Notes: generated by a model from the sequence alone, not told the origin. A stretch of 28,209 nucleotides of DNA from Bacteroidia bacterium (GCA_044341715.1 JBIIRF010000001.1:1-28209), one strand, 5' to 3'. Positions 1-9,443 are shown, numbered from the stretch's first letter. Translations and numbers: made by a program.

Positions 1-1332
1 ATTCAGACGACAAACTGTACCACCGGGAGCAGCAGTAAACTCCGAAGTCATCTGCACAGTTTGACCAAGTGCATTCCGCAACACCAGCTGCAAGTCACCC
101 GACTCTTTCAAAGCAGGGAAAGACACCGTTGTAAAATCAGTACAAGGATTCGGATAAACACGCAAGGTTACCTGTGAAGGAACAACATCCTCTGCAGAAG
201 TAAGCAACAACCAGTTATTGTATGTTTTCAGCAATGCAGACACCACAGGCAACAAACTCCATGACGTAAGTCCATTGTGATTCATCAGCACCGAGATACT
301 GATATCGCGATCGGTGATATACCAGGAGCTTGCAGCATACGCCAGATCACCACCATGACCATAAGCCTCTAATCCCTGAAAAGTATTCCGCATCAATCCC
401 AGGCCATATTTTCCACCCTGTGAACCCGAAGCATTGATCACTGTTTTTGCCTCCGCCATCATCGCCGGAGATACAACATCACCCCGCATATACGAACGCA
501 TCCAACGCGATAAATCAGACGGTGTAGCATAATATCCACCGGCAGCACCGGCAGCAGAATTCAGCGAGAGATAATTGAAATAAAAACTATGCGCATCATC
601 CAACACACCATCTCCATTCAGATCGAGCCATAGATGTGCCACCGGCTGAGCATACGGTTCGAAGGAAGGAATTCCGAATGTTGTATATCCATAATTGTTA
701 TAAAAGCGGTTACGTAATTCAAGATAATAGGGATTACCTGTTGCTGATTCGATGATCATGCCAAGTAGAAAATAATTGGTGTTGCAATAATTCCACACAC
801 CACCGGCACTGGCAATAGGAGGTAAAATAAACGTGGTAATTAAATCATTCGCCGACCAGATAGCAGAAGTATTTCCGATCAGTGCAGGCTGACAGGCCGG
901 ATTATTTAACACATCGTATAAACCACTCTAGTGACGCAACAACTGACGAATGGTAATATCGGGATTGATATACTGAATTGTATCCAGCCATTCATGCAGA
1001 CTATCGTCTAACGATAAAACTCCCTGATCAACCAATTGCAGAATACAGGCAGAAGTAATTGTCTTGGTAACACTACCGATGAGGTAAGCATCATCCGTAG
1101 TCACATTCACACCGGCACCTGAAATACCGGATGCATCCGCCCAGACCGCAGTATCCGGAAACTGAATGGCAGCACTCAGTGATTTTGCATTCAATACTGT
1201 CCGCATACTATCCAGCGTATTTGAAAGCAAGGTGTCCAACTGCAGATAACCGCTAGACTGCGCCCTCGACACTGTACTGCCCGAGAGCAGGATGAACAGG
1301 AATAAATATTTCAGGAGATTTTTCATGTGCAT
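1..1332 (-). pseudogene. Secreted serine hydrolase (beta-lactamase/PBP-like, class C/S12 family) with type-A T9SS C-terminal domain. Interrupted by one in-frame TAG at 930-928; the 3' end runs off the window.
   Basis: Signal peptide (MKNLLKYLFLF...SRA|Q) and SxxK motif (GSVTK) come first, then LLRH-TAG-SGLYDVL. By manual translation the same frame stays open for 309 codons to base 1 and contains YCN (YxN), GHGG and RVYPNP (T9SS CTD start). The start is at 1332 or 1326. Confidence 0.85.
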
Positions 1333-1343
1333 AAACTATTCTT

Positions 1344-1351
1344 CAAAACTA
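1344..1351 (-). promoter_or_regulatory. Candidate Bacteroidota sigma70 -7 element (TAGTTTTG) for the serine hydrolase
   Basis: Exact TAnnTTTG match 11 nt upstream of the ATG at 1332. No well-spaced -33 TTG was found. Confidence 0.35.
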
Positions 1352-1429
1352 TGGTTTCCCGACGGAAGTACTTTGTCAAAATCTGCAAAGTCATTTCCAA
1401 AAAATAACCACACCGATAAGCCGACGAGA

Positions 1430-1882
1430 TTATCCTCTCATCTTATCCAGCAACATATTCAATTGCTGAACATCCTGCTTTGTCATATCTTTAAACTGCT
1501 CTTCAAAATTCTCGCGGAGTTTATCGAGTTCAGCAAGCAGATCGAGACCCTTTTGCGTAATCCAAATATCTACCTGGCGACGATTGTGCTTACAGATTTC
1601 CCGCTTAACAAAATTTTTCGTGCGCAACTTCTCTACCAGACGGGTCGCATTGGAGTTTTTATCGATCATCCTTTCGGTGATATCAGACAGACGCAAGGCA
1701 TTCGGATAAGAACCTCTGAGAATCCGTAATACATTGAACTGCTGGGGAGAAATACCATACGGTTTAAAATGCTGAATATTGGTAGCATCCAGCCAACTTG
1801 CAGTAAATAAGATGTTTACAACCGCTTTTTCGTATTCATTTGTAAACTTTCGTTGCTTGATCGCCTCTTCAATGGTACCCAT
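1430..1882 (-). CDS. MarR family transcriptional regulator
   Basis: Winged-helix pattern GISPQQFNVLRIL...LSDITERMIDKNSNATRLVEKL...DRR-like HNRRQVDIWIT. The start is placed at MGTIEE (1882) because a promoter box overlaps the longer start at 1897. Confidence 0.93.
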   Translation of the reverse strand: MGTIEEAIKQRKFTNEYEKAVVNILFTASWLDATNIQHFKPYGISPQQFNVLRILRGSYPNALRLSDITERMIDKNSNATRLVEKLRTKNFVKREICKHNRRQVDIWITQKGLDLLAELDKLRENFEEQFKDMTKQDVQQLNMLLDKMRG

Positions 1883-1886
1883 GGTG

Positions 1887-1918
1887 CAAATATACAATTA
1901 CAATTGTTGTTTATACAA
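1887..1918 (-). promoter_or_regulatory. Bacteroidota sigma70 promoter for the MarR gene, with an overlapping candidate operator
   Basis: TTG-N21-TATATTTG on the minus strand, 4 nt before the ATG. A direct repeat TATACAA (1891-1897, 1912-1918) and a palindrome ACAATTGT (1900-1907) lie within it. Confidence 0.65.
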
Positions 1919-2020
1919 GTTTAATGCGAAAAATCATACTTTTACGGCATCTACAGGCTGAAGAAATTATCAATTGCCGTAAATTCAGCCCATCAATCTG
2001 ATTTAGCGAAGCATCAAACT

Positions 2021-2446
2021 ATGAGAGACATCACCAAAAAATATTCAAACGGAGAGGTAACCGTTGTATGGAAGCCATCGATGTGTATTCATTCGGCCAT
2101 TTGTTTTAACGGTCTGCCGGGAGTTTTTGACCCACGCCGTCGTCCGTGGATTGAAATGGAAAATGCCGAAACCGCTTCGATCATTGAACAGATAAAAAAA
2201 TGTCCTTCAGGTGCATTGTCCTATTTCATGAATAACGAAGATCCACAACCGGTTTCTGTCACGGGAGAGAGCATTGTGGAAGTAACACCGGATGGACCCT
2301 TGCTGGTATATGGAAACTTAACCATCAAGGACCGCGACGGAAACACCACGAAAAAAAATCAAGTCACAGCCTTCTGTCGTTGCGGATTTTCTGAAAACAA
2401 ACCTTACTGCGACGGATCACATAAGAAGAAAGGATTTGTCGGATAG
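2021..2446 (+). CDS. Divergent 4Fe-4S mono-cluster domain fused to a CDGSH iron-sulfur domain
   Basis: N-terminal CIHSAIC...CPSGAL and C-terminal AFCRCGFSENKPYCDGSH. Confidence 0.92.
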   Translation: MRDITKKYSNGEVTVVWKPSMCIHSAICFNGLPGVFDPRRRPWIEMENAETASIIEQIKKCPSGALSYFMNNEDPQPVSVTGESIVEVTPDGPLLVYGNLTIKDRDGNTTKKNQVTAFCRCGFSENKPYCDGSHKKKGFVG

Positions 2447-2504
2447 TTACAGGTCTGCGTCAGGTTATTTTATGCGACACCATTGCTAAAGTTAATTTCA
2501 TCCT

Positions 2505-2543
2505 AAATAAAAAACCCTGCCTCCGAATGAACGAAGAGCAGGG
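2505..2543 (-). terminator. Rho-independent terminator of the beta-propeller gene
   Basis: Minus-strand hairpin CCCTGCTCTTCG-TTCATT-CGGAGGCAGGG followed by TTTTTTATTT, 22 nt after the stop at 2566. Confidence 0.8.
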
Positions 2544-2565
2544 CTGAAATCCGAAAAGGAAGGTA

Positions 2566-4275
2566 CTATCGGTTTACTTTAATTTTTTGCACGCCTTTCC
2601 CTCTGAAAGAGAAGATGTATTCTCCATCGTCCGTAACATCCAGGCCATCTCCGTATACATCTCCGCCTCCTTTCCCTTTAGACTTCACAATTCCTTTGAT
2701 GACACCGGTTTTTAAATCAACCGCTGCGATGGTATTGCTGCTTTCTTTTTCACGACGCAGGAAGAAGTTGTTTCCGAGATGGTGATAATTGGTCACCCCT
2801 CTAAACTTATCGGTATTGTACACTTTTGCGCCATCTTTTTTACTGTATGCTGCCATACCATTGTCGCATACGAGTGCAACATTATCTCCGTTATCAAAAG
2901 CCCACATGGTTTTTCCAACCTTGCCCTTGCTATGATCTACGTTGATTTTCATTTCCCCCGACTTCACATCAAAACCATAAAACTCATCTCCTGATCCGGC
3001 AAACACCATTCCTTCACCGAACACGAGATTGCTGATACGCTTATCGAATTTCTCTGAACGCCAAACTTGTTTTCCATCGGCTGTATTGAGTGCAAGCACC
3101 CCGAAGCTTCCCATGAAATCGTATTCATTGTTGTAATAGGTGATGGTTTCCGTTCCGGTTTGTGTGCGATTAATTACCCGCTCAATGGTTTGTTTGTTCA
3201 CGATACCACCTACCTGCACCACAAGGCGATCACCCTGCAGATGAATAGCAGGCAATGCCATAGCACTTGTAATTTTTTCAGATGTCCAGAGAATTTTACC
3301 GGAGTTCAAATCATGCTTCTGCACAAATTTTGTTTTGAGTTTATCGCTTCCCAACACAATATAAACTGCATCTTCGGTGTACAATGGTTTGCTGATGGCA
3401 CCATACACTCCACCCTTCAATACCTTTCCACCATGAGGACCACGGTTCCAGAAGTTGGTACGTACTCCCTGATCGCTTTCATACACAGCGCTCCAGATTT
3501 CTTTTCCATTCTGAAAATCGAACACCTGTAATCCATCAAGTTGCAGGAATATTTTATCACCCTTCACATCGATATCTACAATTGGTTTGCGCGTCAGCAC
3601 TTCTTTCTCAACGATACCTCTGTATTCAACATCCCAGATCACATTTCCATTGGTAGCATTGATGCGCACCAATTGATTCTTGAATCCGGAGAATAAAGCA
3701 CTCAACCAGGTTGGTTTGTAGTTGATCATTAACATTTCCTTCGATGATGGAAAATAAATATACTTTCCTACTGAACCTTTGAAGATACTTGTCTCCCAGA
3801 TTTTACGACCTGTGCGGGCATCCACCAGGACATTGGCACTCTTCATACAAAACATAAATGCATCCATCTCTGCGATGTAGTCGATATTGTCTTCACCGAG
3901 TCCGGAATACTCATTCGAGTTCCATAAACCCTTTCCTGTTTTCACATCTACAACAGATACACGATCTTTTCCTGCCTTTTTATCGAACAGAAAAAGCAGA
4001 TCCGGACCCCAATACACATACTGGTATTCAGATTCACCTGCTCCACCGTCGCCGTTGATCGTTTTGTATTTCCCCGACCATGTAACTTTCCCGCTACCAT
4101 CCATACCGGTAGCTTCATTCGGATCGGAACCAATCAGCAAGGAGCCGTCGCCATTGCAGATCGATAATACTTTTGCTTTGTTTTCGAATTCACTTTCCCA
4201 AACTACCGGAAGCTCGTCGTCTTGTGCCATGATCGATGTACTGATAAACATCGCAGCGATTAATAACCTTTTCAT
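2566..4275 (-). CDS. Secreted PQQ-like (BamB-type repeat) beta-propeller protein, function unknown
   Basis: Signal peptide ending MA|Q and many D/N-x-x-T-G-K-x-x-W repeats (DVKTGKGLW, DARTGRKIW, NATNGNVIW, DLNSGKILW, TADGKQVW). Confidence 0.85.
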   Translation of the reverse strand: MKRLLIAAMFISTSIMAQDDELPVVWESEFENKAKVLSICNGDGSLLIGSDPNEATGMDGSGKVTWSGKYKTINGDGGAGESEYQYVYWGPDLLFLFDKKAGKDRVSVVDVKTGKGLWNSNEYSGLGEDNIDYIAEMDAFMFCMKSANVLVDARTGRKIWETSIFKGSVGKYIYFPSSKEMLMINYKPTWLSALFSGFKNQLVRINATNGNVIWDVEYRGIVEKEVLTRKPIVDIDVKGDKIFLQLDGLQVFDFQNGKEIWSAVYESDQGVRTNFWNRGPHGGKVLKGGVYGAISKPLYTEDAVYIVLGSDKLKTKFVQKHDLNSGKILWTSEKITSAMALPAIHLQGDRLVVQVGGIVNKQTIERVINRTQTGTETITYYNNEYDFMGSFGVLALNTADGKQVWRSEKFDKRISNLVFGEGMVFAGSGDEFYGFDVKSGEMKINVDHSKGKVGKTMWAFDNGDNVALVCDNGMAAYSKKDGAKVYNTDKFRGVTNYHHLGNNFFLRREKESSNTIAAVDLKTGVIKGIVKSKGKGGGDVYGDGLDVTDDGEYIFSFRGKGVQKIKVNR

Positions 4276-4279
4276 TTTT

Positions 4280-4669
4280 CTATTTTTTTATTGCCTGGAA
4301 TCGGAATGTATAGCGGATTTTTTGTCGATCTCCTTTCGGAAGTTTAAAATCAAAATCCATGTCTTTGAGGAAATTCGAAAAAGCATTGTTGAACATCATC
4401 GGCTCTACCGTTGACTCAACAATAAACACTGTTTCTACTTTTCTACCCTTGATCACAAGATCAGCGGTAATATGTCCATGTGTTTCGGGATAATGTTTGA
4501 GTTTGAAGCGGTTCAGCTTCTCTCCAAGACTAAACTCCTCGAGTTGAGCCAGGGCCTGCTGACGTGTCGCCGTAGTATCCCCCGACTGCGCTCTGCAAAC
4601 CTGTAAAAACAGGAGCAAATCTACCAGCACCAGCAGGAGAAGATATTTTCGGCGGAAGAGGATGGACAT
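4280..4669 (-). CDS. Small exported hypothetical protein, possibly with a TonB-C/AgmX-like fold
   Basis: Hydrophobic N-terminus ending CRA|Q. Its stop lies 4 nt before the ATG of the propeller gene. The start is uncertain (4669 preferred over 4729) and the fold call is a weak pattern impression. Confidence 0.6.
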   Translation of the reverse strand: MSILFRRKYLLLLVLVDLLLFLQVCRAQSGDTTATRQQALAQLEEFSLGEKLNRFKLKHYPETHGHITADLVIKGRKVETVFIVESTVEPMMFNNAFSNFLKDMDFDFKLPKGDRQKIRYTFRFQAIKK

Positions 4670-4707
4670 AACAGGACAAAGGTCGGGCTGTAGAGAGCGC
4701 CTGACAA

Positions 4708-4723
4708 TCCGTCGCAACACGGA
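4708..4723. promoter_or_regulatory. Candidate dimeric transcription-factor site TCCGT-N6-ACGGA
   Basis: Perfect inverted 5-mers between the NarL gene and the downstream gene pair. CACGGA recurs at 4741-4746. Confidence 0.3.
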
Positions 4724-4783
4724 AATCATATACCCACCAGCACGGATATTCGCCCTGTAAGTAGAGTATTACCGGAAAAAGGA

Positions 4784-5419
4784 TCAGATTATTTTTTTAT
4801 CCATCGCGTACTTCAGCAAACCAACAACACCCTTCGTTCCGGTTTTCCGAAAAATATTTTTGCGGTGTGTTTCAACGGTACGTTCGGAGATAAAAAGTTC
4901 ATTCGCGATTTTCTCATTGCTATACTCTTTAGCGATGAGTTTAATAATTTCGATTTCGCGTTGCGTGAGTTTAGGAGCCGGATCTTCTGCTTCCTTCCGT
5001 TGTGCCATCAGCGCGCGGGTTAAGGCTGCGGCAATTTCCGGACTTAAATACGTCTCACCACGTACAATCGTCATGAGTGCATTTTTTAATTCCTCTTGTC
5101 CGGTATTCTTCAATACATAACCATTAACACCGGCATTCAGCATCTCACTCACCATCGCATCTTCCCCCGACATCGACAGCGCCAGAATAAAAACTCCCGG
5201 GAACTGACTACGGATTACTTTCGTAAACTCGAGGCCATTCATTTCCGGCATCTGAATATCGGTAATCACCACATCAACATTGTTCATCACGGCCATTGCC
5301 TCTGCACAGCGCGTAAATGTTCCTGCTATAAAAAAGCGTTCATCATTTTTCAGCAATGCACTGATTCCATCAAGCATGATCTGATGATCGTCCACTAAGA
5401 TAATCCGGAGCGGTTTCAT
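4784..5419 (-). CDS. NarL/LuxR family response regulator
   Basis: REC domain (LVDDH, TDIQMPEMNG, GYVLK) and LuxR HTH (LTQREIEII...ISERTVETHRKNI). The start is 5419 or 5428. Confidence 0.96.
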   Translation of the reverse strand: MKPLRIILVDDHQIMLDGISALLKNDERFFIAGTFTRCAEAMAVMNNVDVVITDIQMPEMNGLEFTKVIRSQFPGVFILALSMSGEDAMVSEMLNAGVNGYVLKNTGQEELKNALMTIVRGETYLSPEIAAALTRALMAQRKEAEDPAPKLTQREIEIIKLIAKEYSNEKIANELFISERTVETHRKNIFRKTGTKGVVGLLKYAMDKKII

Positions 5420-5424
5420 AATTC

Positions 5425-7224
5425 TCAATTAAGTTGAAGTCCAATCGTAATCACCGTACCTTTTCCCGGCTGCGTATCCAGTTCCACATCCCCATTTATC
5501 AAACGAAGACGCGATAAGATATTATACCAGCCATTGCCTGTCCCGGTTTCGAGTTTTTCTTTCTCAAAGCCCTTCCCGTTATCTTCCACCATCATCGTGA
5601 GCTGATTCTCTTCACGGATCAACTGCACCTGTGCTTCCTTCGCATCCGCATACTTCAGGATATTATTGATGAGTTCCTGCGCGATACGGAACAGATGTAC
5701 TTCCACATCTGGAGAAAGACGTTGCTCCATCCCATCGGTATCCAGCTCAATAGAAATTTTACCTGTATCATTCAGGCGTGATATCATTTCCTGCAATGCA
5801 GGCACAATACCTCCTTTCGCCAATGCAGAAGGCATCATATTGTGTGAAATCTCCCGCAGATCACGACAACTTCTATCGATGAGTTCCAGTGAATGATCAA
5901 TCTCTGATTTCGTTCCGGCAGAGGCAAGGTTGATTCTTGCGGCAGAAAGTACCTGACCGAGACCGTCGTGCAATTCAGCGGCGATACGTTTTCGCTCCTC
6001 TTCCTGCGATTCGATGACGGCTCTTAAACGGATAGCTTCCTGTCGTTGAATTTCTTCGTTCAGTTTCCGCTCCTGCATCAGTTTCGTACGACTGTTAAAC
6101 AACGACGCACCGAGCGCAATCGCCACCACCAGCGCAATAAGCAATAAGAGATACGTTCGCTGACGAGAGAGAATCAATGCCTGCTCCGCATTTTTCCCTT
6201 GCAGTTGTAAGTTCTCCTTCTCCTTCTTCTCCGTTTCATACTTCGACTGAATCTCGGCCACCTGTTCATTGCGTTTCAGGTTAAATAAACTATCGCTATA
6301 GACTGCAAATTGCTTCTGCAGATTATAGGCTTCCCTGAAATCGCCCATTCCGGCGGAGGCAGTAGCCATCACTTTATAGTTATACGAAATCAGATCAGAA
6401 AATCCCATTTCCATCGCCAGTTGCTGACTCCGTTTAAACAATGGCATCGCTGCTTTAAAATCTTTTTTTGCCAGATTCAGCTCTCCCATGTTTACCAGAG
6501 ATGTAGCCATGGCTTGTTTCTCACCCAGCTCTTCCCGAATAGCAAGCGCCTGTTGCATTGAAGCCAGACTCTCATCATATTGACCCTTGTAGGCATAAAT
6601 CAATCCGATGTAATCATAGCTATAACCCATTCCACTCCGGCTATTGATCTGACGGTAATACTCCAAACCACGTTTATAACAAGCCATCGCTGAATCCAGT
6701 TCGCCGATGTATTCATATACCACACCGATATTGTTATTGGTATTGGCTAAACCATCTTTATCATTCAACGCTGTGTAGATCGACAAAGCTCTTTGCAGGT
6801 ATTTCTTCGCACCGGTAACATCATCATGCTTTCGCAATAGATTTGCGAGATCGTTGCACAACTTTGCTTCTCCACTGCGATCACCCAATTGTTCATGCAA
6901 CTTAATCGACTTTACAAAACTCTCAGTAGATTTTTCGTAGGCACCCTTGTAATACAAAATCAATCCATCCACCTGTAAAGCCATCGCTTCACCACGAACA
7001 TATTTTAAACGACGCGACCACGACAAGGTAGAATCAATCACCATCCGGGCTTTATCAAACTCCTTGAGGTAAACATCAAAAGCATAGGTATTCAGGACAT
7101 TGATAACGGCCGTATCATTTTTTCCGACGAGTTTACTTTTAATGGAGTCGGGTATCTGAAATTCAGCCTGCACTCGGGAAAAAAGAAGCAGCAGAATAAT
7201 CAGGAAGAGATTGCGGATTTTCAT
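5425..7224 (-). CDS. TPR-repeat sensor histidine kinase (HisKA_3/HATPase)
   Basis: Signal peptide, TPR helices (NNIGVVY, VNMGEL), a TM segment, EEERKRIAAELHDGLGQ, ELINNILKYA and EDNGKGF. Confidence 0.95.
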   Translation of the reverse strand: MKIRNLFLIILLLLFSRVQAEFQIPDSIKSKLVGKNDTAVINVLNTYAFDVYLKEFDKARMVIDSTLSWSRRLKYVRGEAMALQVDGLILYYKGAYEKSTESFVKSIKLHEQLGDRSGEAKLCNDLANLLRKHDDVTGAKKYLQRALSIYTALNDKDGLANTNNNIGVVYEYIGELDSAMACYKRGLEYYRQINSRSGMGYSYDYIGLIYAYKGQYDESLASMQQALAIREELGEKQAMATSLVNMGELNLAKKDFKAAMPLFKRSQQLAMEMGFSDLISYNYKVMATASAGMGDFREAYNLQKQFAVYSDSLFNLKRNEQVAEIQSKYETEKKEKENLQLQGKNAEQALILSRQRTYLLLLIALVVAIALGASLFNSRTKLMQERKLNEEIQRQEAIRLRAVIESQEEERKRIAAELHDGLGQVLSAARINLASAGTKSEIDHSLELIDRSCRDLREISHNMMPSALAKGGIVPALQEMISRLNDTGKISIELDTDGMEQRLSPDVEVHLFRIAQELINNILKYADAKEAQVQLIREENQLTMMVEDNGKGFEKEKLETGTGNGWYNILSRLRLINGDVELDTQPGKGTVITIGLQLN

Positions 7225-7330
7225 AGGAGGGGCTTAATCTCCGGGAATGCAAGTGGTAGGTTGTCCCGGACAAGAATGAAAACGAAAATACCGTTTTGTC
7301 ATTCATGGTTTCAGGAAAAGCGGGGAACTT

Positions 7331-8212
7331 TTAAACAAGATATTTTCGCAATATCTGCACTGTTTCTGTAAGATAAGAATCACCGAACAAATTGACATGC
7401 ACAAGCAAAGGATAGAGATTCCAGAGATCCATTCGCTCTTGCCATCCTTGTGTAAGTGGAAAGGCTGAATGATATGCATCATAAAATTTATCATCGAAAC
7501 GTCCGAATAACATCGTCATGGCCAGATCTGCTTCACGATGACTATACGCAACGGCGGGATCAATCAGGCAGGCATCTCCATCGGGACCTTCTATCACATT
7601 CCCTGCCCATAAATCGCCATGTATCAATGAAGGTGGTTCTGCGGGTAATATCTGCGGCAGTTGAATGTATAAGCGCTCGAACTGATGCACATGAACAGCT
7701 GCAATCTTCTTTCGCTCCAGCGCTAATTTCACCTGCGGCATCAACCGTTGTTGAATAAAAAATGTGACACCATCGGTATGCTGGTGATTGAACTGCTCCA
7801 ACGCACCCATCCGGTTATCATGATCGAGTCCGAAGTAAGCATGTGTATTGCGGTGAAGTGCAGCCAATGAACAACCAAAGCGTTCCGGATAATCCTTTCT
7901 GCGTGGCCCTTTATCGAGATATTCCAATATTAAAAACTGATAGTTGCCGATGACCGACTGAGCAATCACTTCCGGCACACAGGGCGCATCGGGCTGACGA
8001 AGCAACTGCAATCCTTTTGCTTCTGCCAGAAACATTCCCGGATACCGATCATTCTGGTTCACCTTCATCACGAGGGTTTGATCCGGTAAAATTACTTTAT
8101 ACACCTGGTTAATGCTTCCGCCACCCAATGGAAGTACCATTTGCGGATCAGCGTCCATATCAAACGATTTTTTCCAGACTTGCCGGAATGCATCAGCAGG
8201 GTTCATCATCAT
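7331..8212 (-). CDS. Fructosamine/ketosamine-3-kinase family protein
   Basis: LGGGSIN, AEAKGL, LIHGDLWAGN and LIDPAVAYSHREADLAM. The start is moved to 8212 because the 8368 start overlaps the divergent gene and a -7 box lies at 8237-8244. Confidence 0.93.
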   Translation of the reverse strand: MMMNPADAFRQVWKKSFDMDADPQMVLPLGGGSINQVYKVILPDQTLVMKVNQNDRYPGMFLAEAKGLQLLRQPDAPCVPEVIAQSVIGNYQFLILEYLDKGPRRKDYPERFGCSLAALHRNTHAYFGLDHDNRMGALEQFNHQHTDGVTFFIQQRLMPQVKLALERKKIAAVHVHQFERLYIQLPQILPAEPPSLIHGDLWAGNVIEGPDGDACLIDPAVAYSHREADLAMTMLFGRFDDKFYDAYHSAFPLTQGWQERMDLWNLYPLLVHVNLFGDSYLTETVQILRKYLV

Positions 8213-8236
8213 TTCCCGATGAGGATCAATTTCATC

Positions 8237-8244
8237 CAAATATA
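8237..8244 (-). promoter_or_regulatory. Sigma70 -7 element (TATATTTG) for the fructosamine kinase
   Basis: Exact TAnnTTTG match 24 nt upstream of the ATG at 8212. Confidence 0.5.
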
Positions 8245-8285
8245 GTAACAATGTTATTGCCTGTTTCATTATATTAGCTTTCGAT

Positions 8286-9443
8286 ATGCCAGTATTCAAC
8301 GGAATTGTAAAAAGCAAGCTACCCAAAGCCGGGACCACCATCTTCGCGATCATGTCGGGGTTGGCCAACGAAACGGGAGCGATTAATCTGAGTCAGGGAT
8401 TCCCGGGATTTCCGGTGTCGGATGAAATCATCCATCTCTACCATTCAGCAATGAAAGCGGGCCATAATCAATATGCGCCGATGCCCGGATTGATGTCCTT
8501 ACGGGAACGCATATCCGAAAAAATGGAAAAGGCGTATTCCTGCAAGTATGATCCTGACACAGAAATCACCATTACTGCCGGTGGAACGCAGGCACTGTAC
8601 ACTGCTATCACCGCGCTGATTCATGAGGGAGATGAAGTGATTGTACTGGAGCCTGCGTACGATAGTTATGTCCCTGCAATCGAGCTGGCCGGTGGCGTGC
8701 CGGTGCATGTACATTTACGTCCGCCGGGGTATGAAATTCCCTGGGAGGAGATCAGGAAACTGATTACACAACGTACACGGATGATAATGATCAATACGCC
8801 GCAAAATCCGACCGGGACTATACTAACGGCGAAGGATATGCTACATTTAGAAAAAATCACTGAAGGAACAGATATTGTTATACTCAGCGATGAAGTATAT
8901 GAGCATATTATCTTCGATGGCTACGAGCATCAGAGTGTGGCGAGGTATCCTAAACTGGCGGAAAGGAGTCTGATCGTTTACTCGTTCGGCAAAACATTTC
9001 ATGCCACCGGATGGAAAACAGGTTACTGTGTTGGTCCGGCGAGTCTGATGAAAGAATTCCGAAAGGCACATCAGTTTATTGTTTTCTCGGTCAACACACC
9101 ACTACAACATGCCCTCGCAGAATACATCCGCAACGAAGCTAACTATAACGCATTACCGCAATTCTATCAGGAGAAACGGGATTACTTCCGCCAACTGATC
9201 ACCGGTTCGCGGTTTAAATTACTGCCTTGCCTGGGATCCTATTTCCAGTTACTCGATTACAGTGCTATCACCGAAGAAAAAGATACCGAATACGCCATAC
9301 GACTCACGAAAGAACATCGGATAGCATCCATTCCGGTATCGGTATTTTACAATGTACCGCAGGATTTCAAATTGCTTCGTTTCTGTTTTGCCAAAGAAAA
9401 CGAAATGCTGGAGAAAGCAGCTGAGCTACTGCATAAGGTATAA
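8286..9443 (+). CDS. ybdL: Methionine/glutamine aminotransferase, class I/II PLP-dependent (YbdL/MtnE-like)
   Basis: SKLPKAGTTIFAIMS, AINLSQGFP, NQYAPMPG, NTPQNPTG, LSDEVYEHI and SFGKTFHATGWKTG (PLP lysine). Confidence 0.92.
   Translation: MPVFNGIVKSKLPKAGTTIFAIMSGLANETGAINLSQGFPGFPVSDEIIHLYHSAMKAGHNQYAPMPGLMSLRERISEKMEKAYSCKYDPDTEITITAGGTQALYTAITALIHEGDEVIVLEPAYDSYVPAIELAGGVPVHVHLRPPGYEIPWEEIRKLITQRTRMIMINTPQNPTGTILTAKDMLHLEKITEGTDIVILSDEVYEHIIFDGYEHQSVARYPKLAERSLIVYSFGKTFHATGWKTGYCVGPASLMKEFRKAHQFIVFSVNTPLQHALAEYIRNEANYNALPQFYQEKRDYFRQLITGSRFKLLPCLGSYFQLLDYSAITEEKDTEYAIRLTKEHRIASIPVSVFYNVPQDFKLLRFCFAKENEMLEKAAELLHKV

Noticed and set aside
928-930. Genome-wide TAG reassignment (e.g. code 15, TAG=Gln)
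   Set aside because: TAG ends four genes here at natural ends (2446, 2566, 4280, 22618), and no other in-frame TAG interrupts roughly 25 kb of coding sequence.
1-1332. Antibiotic-resistance beta-lactamase
   Set aside because: The SxxK/YxN fold is shared by many esterases and peptidases. The T9SS CTD and the lack of mobile context give no support for a resistance role.
1292-1729. This and the other short ORF-track entries nested in or antisense to recognised genes
   Set aside because: They overlap well-supported CDSs and show no family motifs.
2351-2358. A8 homopolymer as a phase-variation tract
   Set aside because: The frame is intact, it encodes ordinary Lys-Lys-Asn, and the length is unremarkable.
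7240-7273. Small inverted repeats (TTGTCC-C-GGACAA; TCCGGGA/TCCCGGA) upstream of the sensor kinase
   Set aside because: Short, single-copy and with no U-tract; not distinguishable from chance.
8213-8368. Extended N-termini from the ORF track (also 10268, 20024, 22630, 23376, 25649, 4729, 1897)
   Set aside because: They overlap neighbouring genes or promoter boxes. Downstream starts fit family lengths and TAATG coupling.
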